A model generated the notes under the pieces. The model ran no database searches and was not told the DNA's origin. It saw only the letters and a list, made by a program, of their open reading frames with translations. From an uncultured virus (IMG/VR IMGVR_UViG_3300001255_000001) (Duplodnaviria > Heunggongvirae > Uroviricota > Caudoviricetes), in the IMG/VR virus record IMGVR_UViG_3300001255_000001, positions 52,297 through 72,296 of that record: DNA of 20,000 nucleotides. One strand, given 5' to 3'. The translations under genes and the position numbers were made by a program. Of this stretch, positions 9,001 to 17,556 are shown piece after piece (the stretch's first letter is position 1; each line of letters begins with the position of its first letter).

Positions 9001-12000
9001 AACCTTTTCTGTAACCAACATGCTGCCATTATAATATGTTCTTTCTTTATACTTTGGCATCGCTGCGCCAGTAGCAGCTTGCATTGCAGCTACAAATCCA
9101 GCAGACGCTTCTTTATTTTTCTTTGCGTAAGCCTCAACCGTTAATCCTGCTGCTGCAGCATTTCCATATAAAGCAGTCATAGAATCATTTACTTTTTTAA
9201 TTGCTGCTTGTTGCTTATCGTATCTATCTTTTAACTTATCTAAACTTTCTGCAGCAATTGCTGCTGCGTCTCCAAGCTTTTCTTGCTTGTTTGAAATAGC
9301 ATCGGCGGCGGCCTTTAAAGGCTTAATTGCGGCTTCGGCAGCGGTATCTATTGCCTTCATCTGGGCATCTGTTTGCTGCTGTGAAGTTAGTGACTCTAAA
9401 TCAATTCTTAGACTTTGTGCCTTTTCCGTATCTCCGACTGCCTCTGCATTTTGTATCTCAAGTCTAACCTTTTCAATTTGTCTTCCAAGGTTTGCGTCCT
9501 CTTGTGCGGCAGATAATGCTTTCTTTCTTGCCTCTGCAAGCTTATTTATAGCCTCTATTTGTTTATTAAGTGCTTTTAGTCTATCTCTATCAGATATTTG
9601 TTCTGCAACTGATTGTCCCTTAAGAGCTTTTGTATAATTCTTAATTTGCTTTTCTAGTTTATCAAGTGATGCGTACTGATCTTTTAATATTCCAACTCTG
9701 TTTTTTGCAACCACAGCATCAGATATTGCTGCAAACGAATCTGCAATAAGCTTTGTTTGAGCAGCATTTAATTGAGAAAGATCTCCATTAAATCCTTGGG
9801 CCTGTAATCTAATCTTTTGCCATACGCTTACTACAGTATCAGATCCATTAATCATCTTCTTTACTTCTGGATTTGCTTTTGCCATTTCATCAACTGTTTC
9901 TTGAGTAATGGCTGTGCGAGCCTCGCCAGACCTGTTAATTTTGTCTAGCATTATCTTTTCGGCTTCTGCGTATGTTAGAAGCTCTTTTTTACCACTTACA
10001 TCTTTTGCTACTTCTCTTGCTCTCTTGGCCATCAAATCATTTATAGCAGTTTCAGTTGCAGTCAAAGCTGTGTTTAGTGACATAGCTCTTTCTTTGCTGC
10101 CCTGATCTCTTGTGTCCGCTCCAAAACTTGTTACAGCAGAAACTGCAGCACTTTGTGGATCTGTAATATTTTTAAACTTTGCATTACCAATTGTTGCAGT
10201 AATTGATTGATCTTTTTTATTTGAAAGCTGAAGCATGGTGAAAACCTTTTTAGTTGCTTCATCTGCAGACATGCCAGCTGCAATTAAAGACTCTTTAATT
10301 CTACGAACAGCATCTGGAACTTTTTCTGAAGGCTGTCTATCTAGAACTGCTATTTGCTCTGCAAATGTTTCTTTGACTTCCTTCTTAAGCTTTTTATACT
10401 CTGCAATTGTCATCTGGAATGGGGTTCCGCCATCCTTCATACTTTCATATACAAGCTTATTTGCAGCAGCTAGATCTTCTGAGTCCTGAATAGTATCTTT
10501 TATCTTTGACCCGAAATCAGTAAATCTAAGACCAGCTTTTTTAGCAGCCTCTGCGGTTAAACCAAAACTTTGTATGTTAAGTTCTTGTCCTCGTTTATAG
10601 TGTCCCCACATTTTGTATGCAGCATATCCTGCTGCAGCAACTGCAGCTAATGGCGCAACCAAGCCTGCTACTCCAGCGGCTGTTGCTGCAAGTCCTGCTT
10701 TTACAGCTCCTGCTGCAACTGCTTTACCAGCCATTGATGTAACTAATTTTCCAGCGCCTTGCATAATAGCTGGACCAGCCATCGACCCAACCATTGAGCC
10801 CATCATCATTCCATTTTGTCCACCAACAGCATTTCCTATTGCTCCACCTGCTGCCATTCCGCCGATTGTTCCAACTAGCATTCCGCCAGCGCCACTACCA
10901 AAAGGTCTATCTGGATCTGCTCCCATTCCCTTGCTCTTTAGGAATTGCAATGGGTGCATCATTGCTGCAGTTGTATATTTTGCATTTGTTGAAAATGCTG
11001 TGCCTGCTCGTTTTGCTTTGCTTACACCTGAATCTTCTCCGAACGCAGCTGGTCCATATGATTGCCCAACTCCAGCTGCGAGTGAGCCAGGAACACCATA
11101 TGCTAATATTTGAGATCCGCCAGGGCTGTAAGTAGAAGTAAATCTTCTTACTGTCGAAGCAATTGAAGTTGAAGCTGCTGTAGATGTTGTTTTAATTGAT
11201 GTTCCAAGTTTTTGAATACTTCCAGTTAATGCCATCATTGATGAATTAATTTCTGAGCCCATCATTCTGGCTCTAACAACTAATTTGTCGGATGAAATCT
11301 TTAGCCTACTAGCAATAGATCCTATTGCAGAATCTATAGCCTGGTTTGCTCTTTGAAGAGGCACTGATGGGACATAAGGCAATGATCCTTGAATAGTTGG
11401 AACGTTTGTTCTTACCCCTCCATTTCCAATTATTGTTGTTGTTCCAACAGATAGTGGGCCAGGCTTAGGTGGTGTTCCAACAACTGGCATTGGAGTTCTA
11501 GATGCAGCAAGGTTATTTAAATAGAGCTGTCCCATAGCTCTTTGGCTTGGGTCTCCTGATTTTAAAAGACGCTTTGCATGCTCTTTAGATGTAATCTGAC
11601 TAACATCAGTAATCTTTTCACCATAAAAATCTTTACTTCGCTTAATTAATCCACCAAGTGCAAACTGTGGGATTATGTTGCCGCTTTGTAGCGGACTAAA
11701 TATTTCTGGACCCTTTTCTCCAACTAAATAACTTTGACCTGGAGATACTGGTCCGCCCATTTCTCTTTCTCCGTCAATGCCGAATATCTTTTTCTTAAGC
11801 TCAGCTGTGATTGGAGTATCTTTTTTAGAGTCCCAATTTAAATATCTTCTTTTAAGTATGTCTCTATCAATTGGTGACAGCTGCTTAAAAGCAGATCTGT
11901 CTGAAATTAAGTCGCTTGCGGCTTTTCTAATAACAGCATCTAGTGAACTTGGCTCAAGCGCATTTCTTAAAGATCCGTCTGGACCCTTAACATATCCGTA

Positions 12001-15000
12001 AGGCTTTTCTTTAGCTAATGCTGCAGCGAATTTGTCATATAGAAGTTTTTGTGAATACGGTCTTAGTCCAGTACTTGCAAATAAAGTCTCTGCTGCTTTA
12101 ATAGATAAAGAGCTAACTCCCCATGGAGCTGACTCATACATGCTAGGCTTTGGTGCACCTGTTGGCCCAAACCCTGCACCAATTCTTCTCATTGCTAATG
12201 ACTTTAGAACATTTATTATTCCTCCGCCATTAAATCCATTAAGCGGAGTTTTAAATGAATTGTCGCTAAGAGATATAGCATGACCTCTCTGGCGTATTCT
12301 TAGCTCTGCTTCGTCTTTTAATTTCTTTAATGCTGCTGGTGTTAGTGCTTTAGGAGGAGAAACTTTTACAGCAGAGTGAATTCCATGAAACTCTTCCCAA
12401 TTTACTCTTCTTCCTTCCTCTAATCTTTTTATCATTGCAGCATAAACTGCTGCCTCTGTTGGATTTAGGTCGCCAAACTTAGCAATTGTTTCTTTTAGTT
12501 TTGGAAGTACTTCATCAATTTCATCAATCATTTTTTGATGATACTGTTGTGGCGTCATGCCTTTTGGAATATTAAGAGTTGCTTCTGCAAAGAATCTCTT
12601 AGCTCCGCCTTTTACTCCAAGTAAATTGATCCGTGCCATCTCTTGCATAGACGGCATTTTGTCGATCCATTCTCCATCTTTCCATTCTCCATGGAATCTT
12701 CTCTTTCCAGAAGCTCTATCGTATACTCCATCTGTTCCTGTATCATTAACGTTTCTTCCAGATATGTTGTCTCTACTTAAATCTTTATCTCCTCTTAGGT
12801 TGGCAGCAACCAATTGTTTAAAGTAAGCTTTTTCATCAAACACCCCACTTTGAGTAGCAAAGGCTTTATCGTAAGGAGATTCAAGAACAATAAGTTTTCT
12901 TCTGCCAGCTGGATCTGTAGGGTCAATCATTGTTCTAATTTCTTGTGTAGGAGAGTGCATTTCATGCCCACCCCTTACAATCATTGTCGCACGTTGTTGT
13001 GAAAGGGCTGCGTCTTCATCCATTACTGGCTTAACAAATACTTTTGATCCGTCTGGCTTTATATATACTCCACCAATTCCTTCTACTGGGAAACTATGTC
13101 CAGTTGTAGGAGTATCAAGCTTACCGAAATTAGTTGGTGGCATTGTTGAATATTTACCAGTTCTAACTCCAGCATCAATTTCTTCCATAGTAAGTCTAGC
13201 TTGTCTTTGTTTTTCTACCTGCTTAATACTTCTAGGCATTCCGAGGAATAATCTTCCGTAGTTAAACTTTCCAGGCTTTACTTTTCCTCCGACAATTCCG
13301 CCTGAATTTTTTCTCTCTACTACATTTCTTTGTAATTCTTTTAGTTTCGCAGCAGATCCTCCTGCTGAAACTATACTTGAATCAATAAGCGGTATAAATG
13401 AATCAAAGGTTATGTCTCCCTTTTCATCTCCAATTTTCTTTGACTCTTTGCCCCTAAGAATAGCTTTAATCTTTTGGTCAATTTCTTTTTCTGTATCTGC
13501 CCATTTTTCTTGAGGAACTCCAGATTTACGCATCAGCCTATCGTACTTGCCAGTTCGACCCATGTTTCTATCTAAAAAGTCTTTAGCTAAAAGTGTGCCT
13601 TGGTTTGCCTGCAAGTTAGATTGAGCGTCATAGTCAACAGTGTATTTGCTAACATATCTCTTTCCATTTATTACAACCGCTCTTGTTAAATGTGTTGCAT
13701 GTATAATCTTGTTAAGGTCAAGAGGAGGTAATTCATTCTCAGCTAGTTTTTTAGCTAGTGCTCCTTTATTAGACTCTAGGTGTCCTGCTTCTATTGCAAA
13801 TGCGTCCCTTCCTCTTGGTGCACCTCTTTCAGCAGCTTTTTTTGTAGTTTCTATAGAAGCAGAAAATTCTTCTATAACTTTTGCTGCTTTTCTTCTTTCA
13901 GATGGAGATAATGATCTCATGTAGTCATCTATAGCTGCATTTGTTGATGCGCCTCTAGTGACCCAAGTTCTTCCTCCATATGATCCTATAATTTGCGTAT
14001 CTCTTCCACGTGGATCTAGTCTTGTTTTATTTTTTTGCTCTGCAAGTTCAGCTACTCGTTTTCTATATTCAGATATCTTATCTTTAAAAAGTGGTCTTAT
14101 AGTAAGTGCAGGAACTCCATAACTAGATCTAGACAGCTTAATTTTTCCTCCAGCTGCATGCTGTGGAAGAGGAACTCCATTATTTGCTGCATCTACTGCT
14201 CTGAAAAGTTCTGGGTTATCTTGAATGCCTGGACCAAATACTGTTTCTTTTGGTGTAAGTAAAGCAGTTATGTTGCTTCCAGAATTATCATATGTAGATG
14301 GTGCAGCTGCAACCAGTGGAGCATTTCTTGGATCCATTGATGCAGATTGGTTTAATACATATCCTCCTAGTGGAACATCTCCCATTCTGTCATCATATGT
14401 TATAGATGCTGGACCAGTAACCTGAGTTTTATTTGGGCCAAACGATTCTATTTTTCCGCCAGTATTAAATCTAGGCTTTGTTGTATGAATACTATATCCA
14501 GCACCAGAAGTTCTAACTCCCAAACCTCTTGCAATTGCATCCACCATTTTTGCAGTTTCTGTTTTGTGGAAAAGCTCTTTCATATTAGACTTTCCAGTTG
14601 CGCTTACAACTGGCTGGCTAGTTAATGGTACTGTAGTTAAGCTAATAGTTCTTGCTTGAGCGGCGGCAACACCTTGTGCTGTTTGAACCATCATTGCTTC
14701 AACCTGAGCATTTAATGCAAATATTTTAGCTCTTGCGGCTTCTACAGTAATCTTTCCAGCCTGCAGTTGTTGAACTATCAATGCTGTTTCATCTGCAGCA
14801 AGGGTAGTTATTCTTGTCATTTGTGGTAGAAGTGCCTGGTAAGAATCTGCAAGCGATGCTGTTATTGTTCCTGTTGCAGCAACTTCTGTCTTAAGTATTG
14901 CTAATTCTGCCTTTGATTGCATAGCAATTGCTGCAGTCATTGAGTGCCACTTGGCAGCTTCTGATGCAACTATTCCATTAGAAACTCCATTGACTGCAGT

Positions 15001-17175
15001 AACTCCATGAATTCTTGGAAGATCCTCGTGCATATATGTTTGTGGTGAATTTGAAAGTCTTAGATTTACTGGCTTAGGACCAGGAACTGTAGAGAATATT
15101 GTTTCATCTGCTCTTTGTTGAGGAGTCTTAGATCCAGTTGGTATAACATGTGACATGTCTCTTGAGTATGGCCTACCTACAAGAGGATTGTCTTTGTCTA
15201 CAATTCTTCCGCCGCCCGAAAGCACTGTGCTTCCTCCAACTGTAGAAATTCCATTGGATGTCGCAACTGTTGCGCTCATAGCACTTGCTTTTAATCTATC
15301 AAATGAGGCTGCTAAAGTAAGTACTGCATCTGAGAATGTAGCAGCCGCCTTAGTATCGCTATAGAATGACTGCTCTACAGTTTTAGCAGCAGCAGATGCT
15401 GCCATTAATTCTGGTGTTAATAATTTAAATCCAGTTCCGCCCTTACCAATATTTTTAAGAGCTAATACTCCCTTAATTATGTATCCAAAGAAGTTTGCAA
15501 GCACACCAGTAAGCATGATGATAGGACCAGCAATTGCTGTAAGCCCGCCAATAAATCCTAGTACTGCTTTAATTGGTGCTGGTAGATTCCCAATAAACTT
15601 TAAAATGCCATCAATAGCATTTAATACAAATGCACCAATTTTTAAGAACTGATCTCCAACTACAGCCAGTTCTGCCTTAACAGATTCGAGTGCTCTTCTG
15701 TATTTACCAGATGCAGACTCTGTAAGCGCTGTTAATTCTCGTGCTGAAATTGCAGCTAAGTCTTGTGTACTTGCTTTCATCAAGTCTAAGACTTGAAGAG
15801 TCTGGCTTCCTTCTTTACCTAAGTTTTCGAATAAAGCATTTATTCTAGCAAACTGGAACTTTCCAAATAGCTGCTCAATTGCTCTTGCTCTTTGTAATGG
15901 CTCAAGTGAATCTAATGAATCCTTTAATGCCATTATTGTGCCAGTTAAATTTCCAGCATTTTTATTTACAATGCCAGATAAGTCTATGCCAAACCCCATG
16001 AACATTTCTTTTGCAACCTTTGTGGGGTTGATAACAGATGCTAAAGCAGACTTTAATGCGTTAGCACCTTCTGATGCATTAATTCCACCTTCACGCATAG
16101 CAGTTAAATAAAGTGCAAGGTCTTGTACATCTCCGCCCAAAGCCTGAACAACTGGTCCTGCTTTTGGAATAGCAGTTACTAAGTCATCTAGAGTAGTAGA
16201 CGTCTGGTTTTCAACTGCGTTCAAGAAGTCAATAGACTCAGCAAGCTCCATCGTATTTTGACCGAAGGCTGTCTGAATTGCAAGTGTGGCCTTCATGGCT
16301 TCTTGTCTATCTACTTCACCAAGAATTGCAAGTCTAGTTGTTTGTCTTGTAGAGTCTATAAGATCTGCGCCTTGTTTTCCAGTTGCAGCAATATCTGCTG
16401 CTAAAGCGATAGTCTCTGTAAAGTTTGCTCCTAGTCCAGAAGCTAATTCTCTAGAAACTGCCATAACATCTTTGCGAACTTGAAGAAGATCAGCGCTTGA
16501 TGTTGCAGTTAATCCTCCGTAAACTTTTGTTAAGCGAGTTAATTCTTGATCTGCTTCTTTAAATGCTTTTGCTGCAGCCATACCAAATGCTGCTAAAGGA
16601 ACTGTAAGACCAACTGTTAGCTGTCTACCAGCCCACTGTGTATTCTTACCCCAGTTAATTAGCTGATTAGATCCATCCATCATAACCTTATTCATGATGG
16701 CTAGCTCTTGTCTTAGAAGCGCTGACTTATTCTTTGTAACGTCTAGTCCAGATTGAACCATTACGTTGTATTGCATTAATCCTTGTGCATTTTTACCAAT
16801 AGGCTGAATTATTGCATTCTCAAGCATAACCTGCTGCTTGGCTAAATCTCTAACTAGTGAGCTAGTCTTTTGTGTATGACCTTGCCAAGTTCTAAAGTAT
16901 TGGCCAAGCTTCATTCTTCCGCTATCTAGGTTTTGACCAAACTTAGATACGTCTGAAGTTAATGTTACAAAGTGTCTAGAGAACTGACCAGTGGAGCGCA
17001 TGGTTTCGTCAAACTGACGATTCATGACTCCAACCTGGCTAGTCAGATTCTTATTTAAACCAATTGTTGTAGCTTGGAGTTTTAAGAGTTGCTGAGTAAC
17101 CGCTTGTAACTGCGCTGTTAGGCTAGAAAAATTAGCCGTCGCAGTTATGTTGGTTACTATATTTTGATCTGCCAA
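6097..17175 (-). CDS. Giant multidomain tape measure protein (3692 aa) with inserted kinase-like and ADP-ribosyltransferase-like domains
   Basis: TTG start with AAGGAG 6 nt upstream, directly after the chaperone pair. A TP901-type tape-measure core lies at ~15680-16580 (GLTVPLAAFG...AIPKAGP...GANALKSAL...IEQLFGK). Hydrophobic segments lie at ~15457-15576 and ~10606-10899, and a coiled coil at ~9180-9680. C-terminal 'GG..GPG...DSIPAMLS.GEYV' motifs are typical of TMPs. Confidence 0.93.
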   Translation of the reverse strand: MADQNIVTNITATANFSSLTAQLQAVTQQLLKLQATTIGLNKNLTSQVGVMNRQFDETMRSTGQFSRHFVTLTSDVSKFGQNLDSGRMKLGQYFRTWQGHTQKTSSLVRDLAKQQVMLENAIIQPIGKNAQGLMQYNVMVQSGLDVTKNKSALLRQELAIMNKVMMDGSNQLINWGKNTQWAGRQLTVGLTVPLAAFGMAAAKAFKEADQELTRLTKVYGGLTATSSADLLQVRKDVMAVSRELASGLGANFTETIALAADIAATGKQGADLIDSTRQTTRLAILGEVDRQEAMKATLAIQTAFGQNTMELAESIDFLNAVENQTSTTLDDLVTAIPKAGPVVQALGGDVQDLALYLTAMREGGINASEGANALKSALASVINPTKVAKEMFMGFGIDLSGIVNKNAGNLTGTIMALKDSLDSLEPLQRARAIEQLFGKFQFARINALFENLGKEGSQTLQVLDLMKASTQDLAAISARELTALTESASGKYRRALESVKAELAVVGDQFLKIGAFVLNAIDGILKFIGNLPAPIKAVLGFIGGLTAIAGPIIMLTGVLANFFGYIIKGVLALKNIGKGGTGFKLLTPELMAASAAAKTVEQSFYSDTKAAATFSDAVLTLAASFDRLKASAMSATVATSNGISTVGGSTVLSGGGRIVDKDNPLVGRPYSRDMSHVIPTGSKTPQQRADETIFSTVPGPKPVNLRLSNSPQTYMHEDLPRIHGVTAVNGVSNGIVASEAAKWHSMTAAIAMQSKAELAILKTEVAATGTITASLADSYQALLPQMTRITTLAADETALIVQQLQAGKITVEAARAKIFALNAQVEAMMVQTAQGVAAAQARTISLTTVPLTSQPVVSATGKSNMKELFHKTETAKMVDAIARGLGVRTSGAGYSIHTTKPRFNTGGKIESFGPNKTQVTGPASITYDDRMGDVPLGGYVLNQSASMDPRNAPLVAAAPSTYDNSGSNITALLTPKETVFGPGIQDNPELFRAVDAANNGVPLPQHAAGGKIKLSRSSYGVPALTIRPLFKDKISEYRKRVAELAEQKNKTRLDPRGRDTQIIGSYGGRTWVTRGASTNAAIDDYMRSLSPSERRKAAKVIEEFSASIETTKKAAERGAPRGRDAFAIEAGHLESNKGALAKKLAENELPPLDLNKIIHATHLTRAVVINGKRYVSKYTVDYDAQSNLQANQGTLLAKDFLDRNMGRTGKYDRLMRKSGVPQEKWADTEKEIDQKIKAILRGKESKKIGDEKGDITFDSFIPLIDSSIVSAGGSAAKLKELQRNVVERKNSGGIVGGKVKPGKFNYGRLFLGMPRSIKQVEKQRQARLTMEEIDAGVRTGKYSTMPPTNFGKLDTPTTGHSFPVEGIGGVYIKPDGSKVFVKPVMDEDAALSQQRATMIVRGGHEMHSPTQEIRTMIDPTDPAGRRKLIVLESPYDKAFATQSGVFDEKAYFKQLVAANLRGDKDLSRDNISGRNVNDTGTDGVYDRASGKRRFHGEWKDGEWIDKMPSMQEMARINLLGVKGGAKRFFAEATLNIPKGMTPQQYHQKMIDEIDEVLPKLKETIAKFGDLNPTEAAVYAAMIKRLEEGRRVNWEEFHGIHSAVKVSPPKALTPAALKKLKDEAELRIRQRGHAISLSDNSFKTPLNGFNGGGIINVLKSLAMRRIGAGFGPTGAPKPSMYESAPWGVSSLSIKAAETLFASTGLRPYSQKLLYDKFAAALAKEKPYGYVKGPDGSLRNALEPSSLDAVIRKAASDLISDRSAFKQLSPIDRDILKRRYLNWDSKKDTPITAELKKKIFGIDGEREMGGPVSPGQSYLVGEKGPEIFSPLQSGNIIPQFALGGLIKRSKDFYGEKITDVSQITSKEHAKRLLKSGDPSQRAMGQLYLNNLAASRTPMPVVGTPPKPGPLSVGTTTIIGNGGVRTNVPTIQGSLPYVPSVPLQRANQAIDSAIGSIASRLKISSDKLVVRARMMGSEINSSMMALTGSIQKLGTSIKTTSTAASTSIASTVRRFTSTYSPGGSQILAYGVPGSLAAGVGQSYGPAAFGEDSGVSKAKRAGTAFSTNAKYTTAAMMHPLQFLKSKGMGADPDRPFGSGAGGMLVGTIGGMAAGGAIGNAVGGQNGMMMGSMVGSMAGPAIMQGAGKLVTSMAGKAVAAGAVKAGLAATAAGVAGLVAPLAAVAAAGYAAYKMWGHYKRGQELNIQSFGLTAEAAKKAGLRFTDFGSKIKDTIQDSEDLAAANKLVYESMKDGGTPFQMTIAEYKKLKKEVKETFAEQIAVLDRQPSEKVPDAVRRIKESLIAAGMSADEATKKVFTMLQLSNKKDQSITATIGNAKFKNITDPQSAAVSAVTSFGADTRDQGSKERAMSLNTALTATETAINDLMAKRAREVAKDVSGKKELLTYAEAEKIMLDKINRSGEARTAITQETVDEMAKANPEVKKMINGSDTVVSVWQKIRLQAQGFNGDLSQLNAAQTKLIADSFAAISDAVVAKNRVGILKDQYASLDKLEKQIKNYTKALKGQSVAEQISDRDRLKALNKQIEAINKLAEARKKALSAAQEDANLGRQIEKVRLEIQNAEAVGDTEKAQSLRIDLESLTSQQQTDAQMKAIDTAAEAAIKPLKAAADAISNKQEKLGDAAAIAAESLDKLKDRYDKQQAAIKKVNDSMTALYGNAAAAGLTVEAYAKKNKEASAGFVAAMQAATGAAMPKYKERTYYNGSMLVTEKVPIAPYENALELLAKSGAATGVNTALVKALGDGATLKDVVDAVKGINGKPALRENIKVTGDYSDSKETKEYDGKKVQVLNAQARDAIRKRLDLQPGETFIVDGQRYRQNTTGGTPIWTGPAPKGPALHEGGKVSGPGTATSDSIPAMLSDGEYVFSAKAVDAAGGPDAVDSLHKALRRAEGGPVGKQKPQKQQLPFFPWRPDLPDYWSNGKPTGDPRTGRWGELRYNPSKGKDIWGGTEIPGLKFTGKTPQQSDYWHQMAEQPSKYRGPGMGIDKDPMRLAGSGASMGFSGNGAYGFGPLLFHKGGPVGHRHGRNLPEKQNWFQRYVSELTKSQKEAAGMLPSFMTSNNKADALGAGSILRKMAGQAESGDTLSSILFPLNFLGMGSARSALANPTANVAKQSSSLGAPLIRALSKIPSLGKDLLKLVTWNTLGKVKPLQNNLYKAIGLKPEGLIRKFKNAFDYTSTTGKSYFEDIVNRPPPPRRSGSGAPPGPANDDDWFTNLPPSKLHPMQALGEAAAAMKNKFINPVMTPLKNGVGKLTSMFSKENISQKLLKFSPKMISDFLYRYTPVGSIQALRSAKKMNMSKTTADTGLGLDLSLEELFKQDFYHGGNLPEDLLNRLTPSSKNVSLSGNIFNFDLFATVEKIMAREYAVGKNAEKGGSLWKTLFRVPEDMSKVWDMRGGAPSLWSQNKKGYAAVEKYFIDVLKMSREEARDMLAGERVPGVARLSKALIDRLSLFQGEYLNEAFAVNGKGGPKWLMDTIVHTGGKLTNSDTFHAVVATLDPENRIKLLKNILPKSELIKTHGVLDEFLPSTLERFIEQYEKYGKSFKPLLEGIWPAIHNSTSAATGGYISNGKLNVPKFKDGINVVPQDMLALIHKNESIIPATMNPFNPEAAMPRYNFDRPSFGIRGEGSSGASYTVNQNIYASDGMDVEALSNIIVRKAEAVIGQKAKVNVKMVGQGKNI

Positions 17176-17178
17176 CTC

Positions 17179-17556
17179 TTACTCCTTTTTGTATCCGAGG
17201 CCAGCTCCGATACCAAATCCTGCGTCTGATGCAAACTGACCTTGTAGCGAAACAACATCTGATGCATCTGCAGTAATTCCAAGTGCTTTTCTTTTTACAT
17301 CTTCAAAGCTCTTGGGTCTTTCTTCTTCGCCGCCATCAAGGTCTACACCTTGTATTGCAGCTAAGAACTTTCTTTTTTCTGACTCAGACTTTTGCATAGA
17401 TGTAAAAGTTTGAATCAGTTCTGGCATTGAAAGATTATCTTCCAATTCCTCGTAATTCTTATAGTTTCCTATTAGAAATACTTCTCCTTCTAAGGCAGCT
17501 AGATCTAGTTCTGACCAGCTAGAACCGCTGCTGCTAGCAAATTTGGATCGTCCATC
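17179..17556 (-). CDS. Tail assembly chaperone, downstream (T) frame; probably expressed as a G-T fusion by -1 frameshift
   Basis: The frame is open from 17556, well upstream of the track's TTG at 17445, and reads SKFASSSGSSWSELDLAALEGEVFLIGNYKNYEELEDNLSMPEL. It overlaps the end of the G ORF in the -1 frame and lies immediately before the TMP. Confidence 0.8.
   Translation of the reverse strand, partial: DGRSKFASSSGSSWSELDLAALEGEVFLIGNYKNYEELEDNLSMPELIQTFTSMQKSESEKRKFLAAIQGVDLDGGEEERPKSFEDVKRKALGITADASDVVSLQGQFASDAGFGIGAGLGYKKE

Noticed and set aside
15130..15170. 'SRDMSHVIP' in the TMP as an HNH/His-Me nuclease motif
   Set aside because: Only a short resemblance, with no convincing downstream Asn/His or Cys ligands.
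6097..17175. Intein, or peptidoglycan hydrolase (SLT, M23, NlpC/P60, Rpf), explaining the TMP's size
   Set aside because: I saw no intein splice-junction or LAGLIDADG motifs and no catalytic signatures of these hydrolases. A profile search is needed to exclude them fully.
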